DNA of 64,000 nucleotides from Candidatus Poribacteria bacterium (GTDB lineage Bacteria; Poribacteria; WGA-4E; WGA-3G): NCBI GenBank assembly GCA_963665235.2, contig CAXXLX010000001.1, positions 1 to 64,000 of the forward strand, read 5' to 3'. Shown piece by piece: positions 62,114 to 64,000 of this stretch (position 1 is its first letter; each line of letters starts with the position of its first letter). The notes under the pieces were generated by a model. It saw only the letters and a program-made list of their open reading frames with translations, ran no database searches and was not told where the DNA came from. The position numbers and the translations under genes were made by a program.

Positions 62114-63520
62114 CTATTTGAGGATGAGCATTTTGCGCGTCGCGGAGAAGTCCCCCGCGGTGAGGGTGTAGAAATAGATTCCACTCGCTACGGACTCGCC
62201 TAACTCGTTTTTGCCATCCCAATAGGCGGCTTGGGTACGGGTCTTATACATGCCAACATCCCGATGTCCTATTGCTAATGTCCGAACAACGTTGCCATCT
62301 GAGGCATAAATGGTTACCGTGACATCAGCGGCTTTGGACAACTGATACGGTATCCATGTCTCTGGGTTGAACGGGTTCGGGTAGTTTGCTAACAGTGCCG
62401 TTTTATTCGGTGTTAGTGCACGGGCTAAGTCTTCAAGCACCTGAATGCCGCGTTGGTAGGAAAACCCTTCCGGAATGGAGGATTTAACAACGTTTGCAGC
62501 GTTTTGACGCGCAAGACGCAGCCAATTGTTGACGACGGCTACAGCGGACTGGTTCGCAGTCGGTGCACCAATAGCGGAACCTAACGCACCAGCAACTAAA
62601 GCTAAATCCGCCAAGTTGACAGTGCCGTCACCATTCAGATCAGCTGCTGCGCTTGTCGTCCCGAACTGTGAGGCGACTAACACCAGGTCAAAGATGTTTA
62701 CGACACCATCGTTATTTACATCCGTTGATAGGGGCTGATAACCCGGGGTGCCGAGCCCATTTTGATAAGTGCTAACTGCCCACGCCGCCGCACGATACCC
62801 AAAAACTATCGGTTGTGTTCGTTCCCATACCGTGTCTACAGTGAATGCAGGGATCGTTGCTACGGCTTCGCCTTGGACGTAATTCCCTGCAATATCACCG
62901 AACACTGTCGGGTTTCGTAGGATCAATGCAAACGTTGCTTGTGGCAACGCAAACTTTTCAGAAACCACAGACAGAACAGATATATCATCGGCTGCTGCCA
63001 TCTCTGTGTTTGTGAGTAAAAGGACTTCACCTGCGGGGATAACCGTGCCTGTGGGGAACGGCACAACGACATTACTATCCGCTGTCCGAACAGTGAGTTG
63101 CCAATCGTCAAGTGGAAGGGCAGCACCACTAACATTGCGGAGTTCCAGCCAGTCGGTGGTATCGTCAGAACCGTTATGGAGTTCATTGAAGATAACGGTA
63201 TCGAACTTCAATAGGGCACTGAGCTGTAAAAGTTCTTGACTGCTGAGCCCCGGCACCGCATCAGCAAACTGGGGGGTGACCGTAACGGAGAAGCTCTGGG
63301 TAGCAGTTGCGTTGCTTGGGTCTGTCGCCGTCACGGTGATTGTGGCTGTTCCCAAACCATTTCCGAAGACAACTATCACCGAATTATGCATGACACTCAG
63401 GCCTGCCTCGGCTATCAGGTCATCAGAAGAGCTGGCGGAGTAGGTCAATGCATTACCATCGGGGTCGCTGAAATAGCTGCTAACGCCGAGTGCGGGCGTT
63501 TCTGATTGGACACTTGTGTA
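62114..63520 (-). pseudogene. 3' part of a secreted surface protein (cadherin-like, lamin-tail, dockerin, FlgD/T9SS-like CTD) cut by an IS605 element
   Basis: YFSDPDGNALTY, IFNEL..DWLEL.N, DVNNDGVVNIFDL, NYPNPFNPETWIPY; first 18 aa of the ORF come from the IS end. Confidence 0.8.
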
Positions 63521-64000
63521 TTGACATACTCCCCCAGCTAAAGCAAGGGGGATTCTTTTGAAAGTGAATCCCATGCTCTCTGGTGCGGATTGTGGGGTAT
63601 AGACTTCGGGTGAAGTCTGCGAGGGCTGCTCGCAATAGCAAGGCTGACATCCTCTAATCCAAAGGTTGACGCCCCAACCTTTAAAATATTTATCGCAGCG
63701 TTAACGTCACGATGGTGTTTCTGCGCGCAAGTAGAACAACACCATTGACGAACAGACAAGTCCAGCTGCTGTTTTCGCTGTCCACAGTGGCTACAAGTCT
63801 TAGAAGTCGGTTCAAAACGGTCAATATAGTGAACCTCTTTACCGTGTTTGACCGCTTGATGTTGCAACTTTTGATGAAACGAGTAGGGCGCAATATCAGA
63901 AACTTGACGACCCCACAACCGTTTCATCCCCTCAAAAGTCAACGTCTCAAAACAGAGGTCATCGTGTTCATGCACAAAACGCTTCGCGAGTTTCCAATGA
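63521..64000 (-). mobile_element. tnpB: IS200/IS605 element right part with tnpB C-terminus (63538->64000), partial
   Basis: CFETL, PTSKTCSHC..CSTC, HRDVNAAINI; end hairpin CCCCCAGCTAAAGCAAGGGGG and terminal TCAA on minus strand. Confidence 0.88.

Overview
About 64 kb of bacterial DNA. The gene content (many PhyH dioxygenases, internalin-like LRR lipoproteins, ankyrin/TPR proteins, a PSCyt/DUF1549-DUF1553 protein plus DUF1501, an NYPNPFNP C-terminal domain, dense REP-like repeats) resembles Candidatus Poribacteria; this is an inference, not a search result. Housekeeping genes (dam, udk, infA, bioF, lpxK, lpxB, argC, ferredoxins) are interleaved with accessory loci. Highlights: (1) a defence-like island at ~16-28 kb with a PLD-SNF2 helicase, an HD phosphohydrolase, two YwgA-like genes, a frameshifted type IIG R-M gene and a TIR-TPR gene. 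(2) A 477-bp protein-free IS200/IS605-type element carrying an IscB omegaRNA/HEARO-like scaffold sits exactly between codons 7 and 8 of the HD gene, behind a consensus promoter. (3) The TIR-TPR gene is bracketed by a duplicated MTase 3' end that is itself a perfect sigma70 promoter. (4) A signal-less cholera/pertussis-toxin-like ADP-ribosyltransferase is paired with a small unknown gene. (5) Two TnpB elements share terminal hairpins with the orphan omegaRNA element. (6) An LRR/DUF1501/PSCyt cluster, triplicated ferredoxins and an ECF sigma locus with a repeated putative promoter. Several local frameshifts may be sequencing errors. All family calls come from motif recognition by eye.
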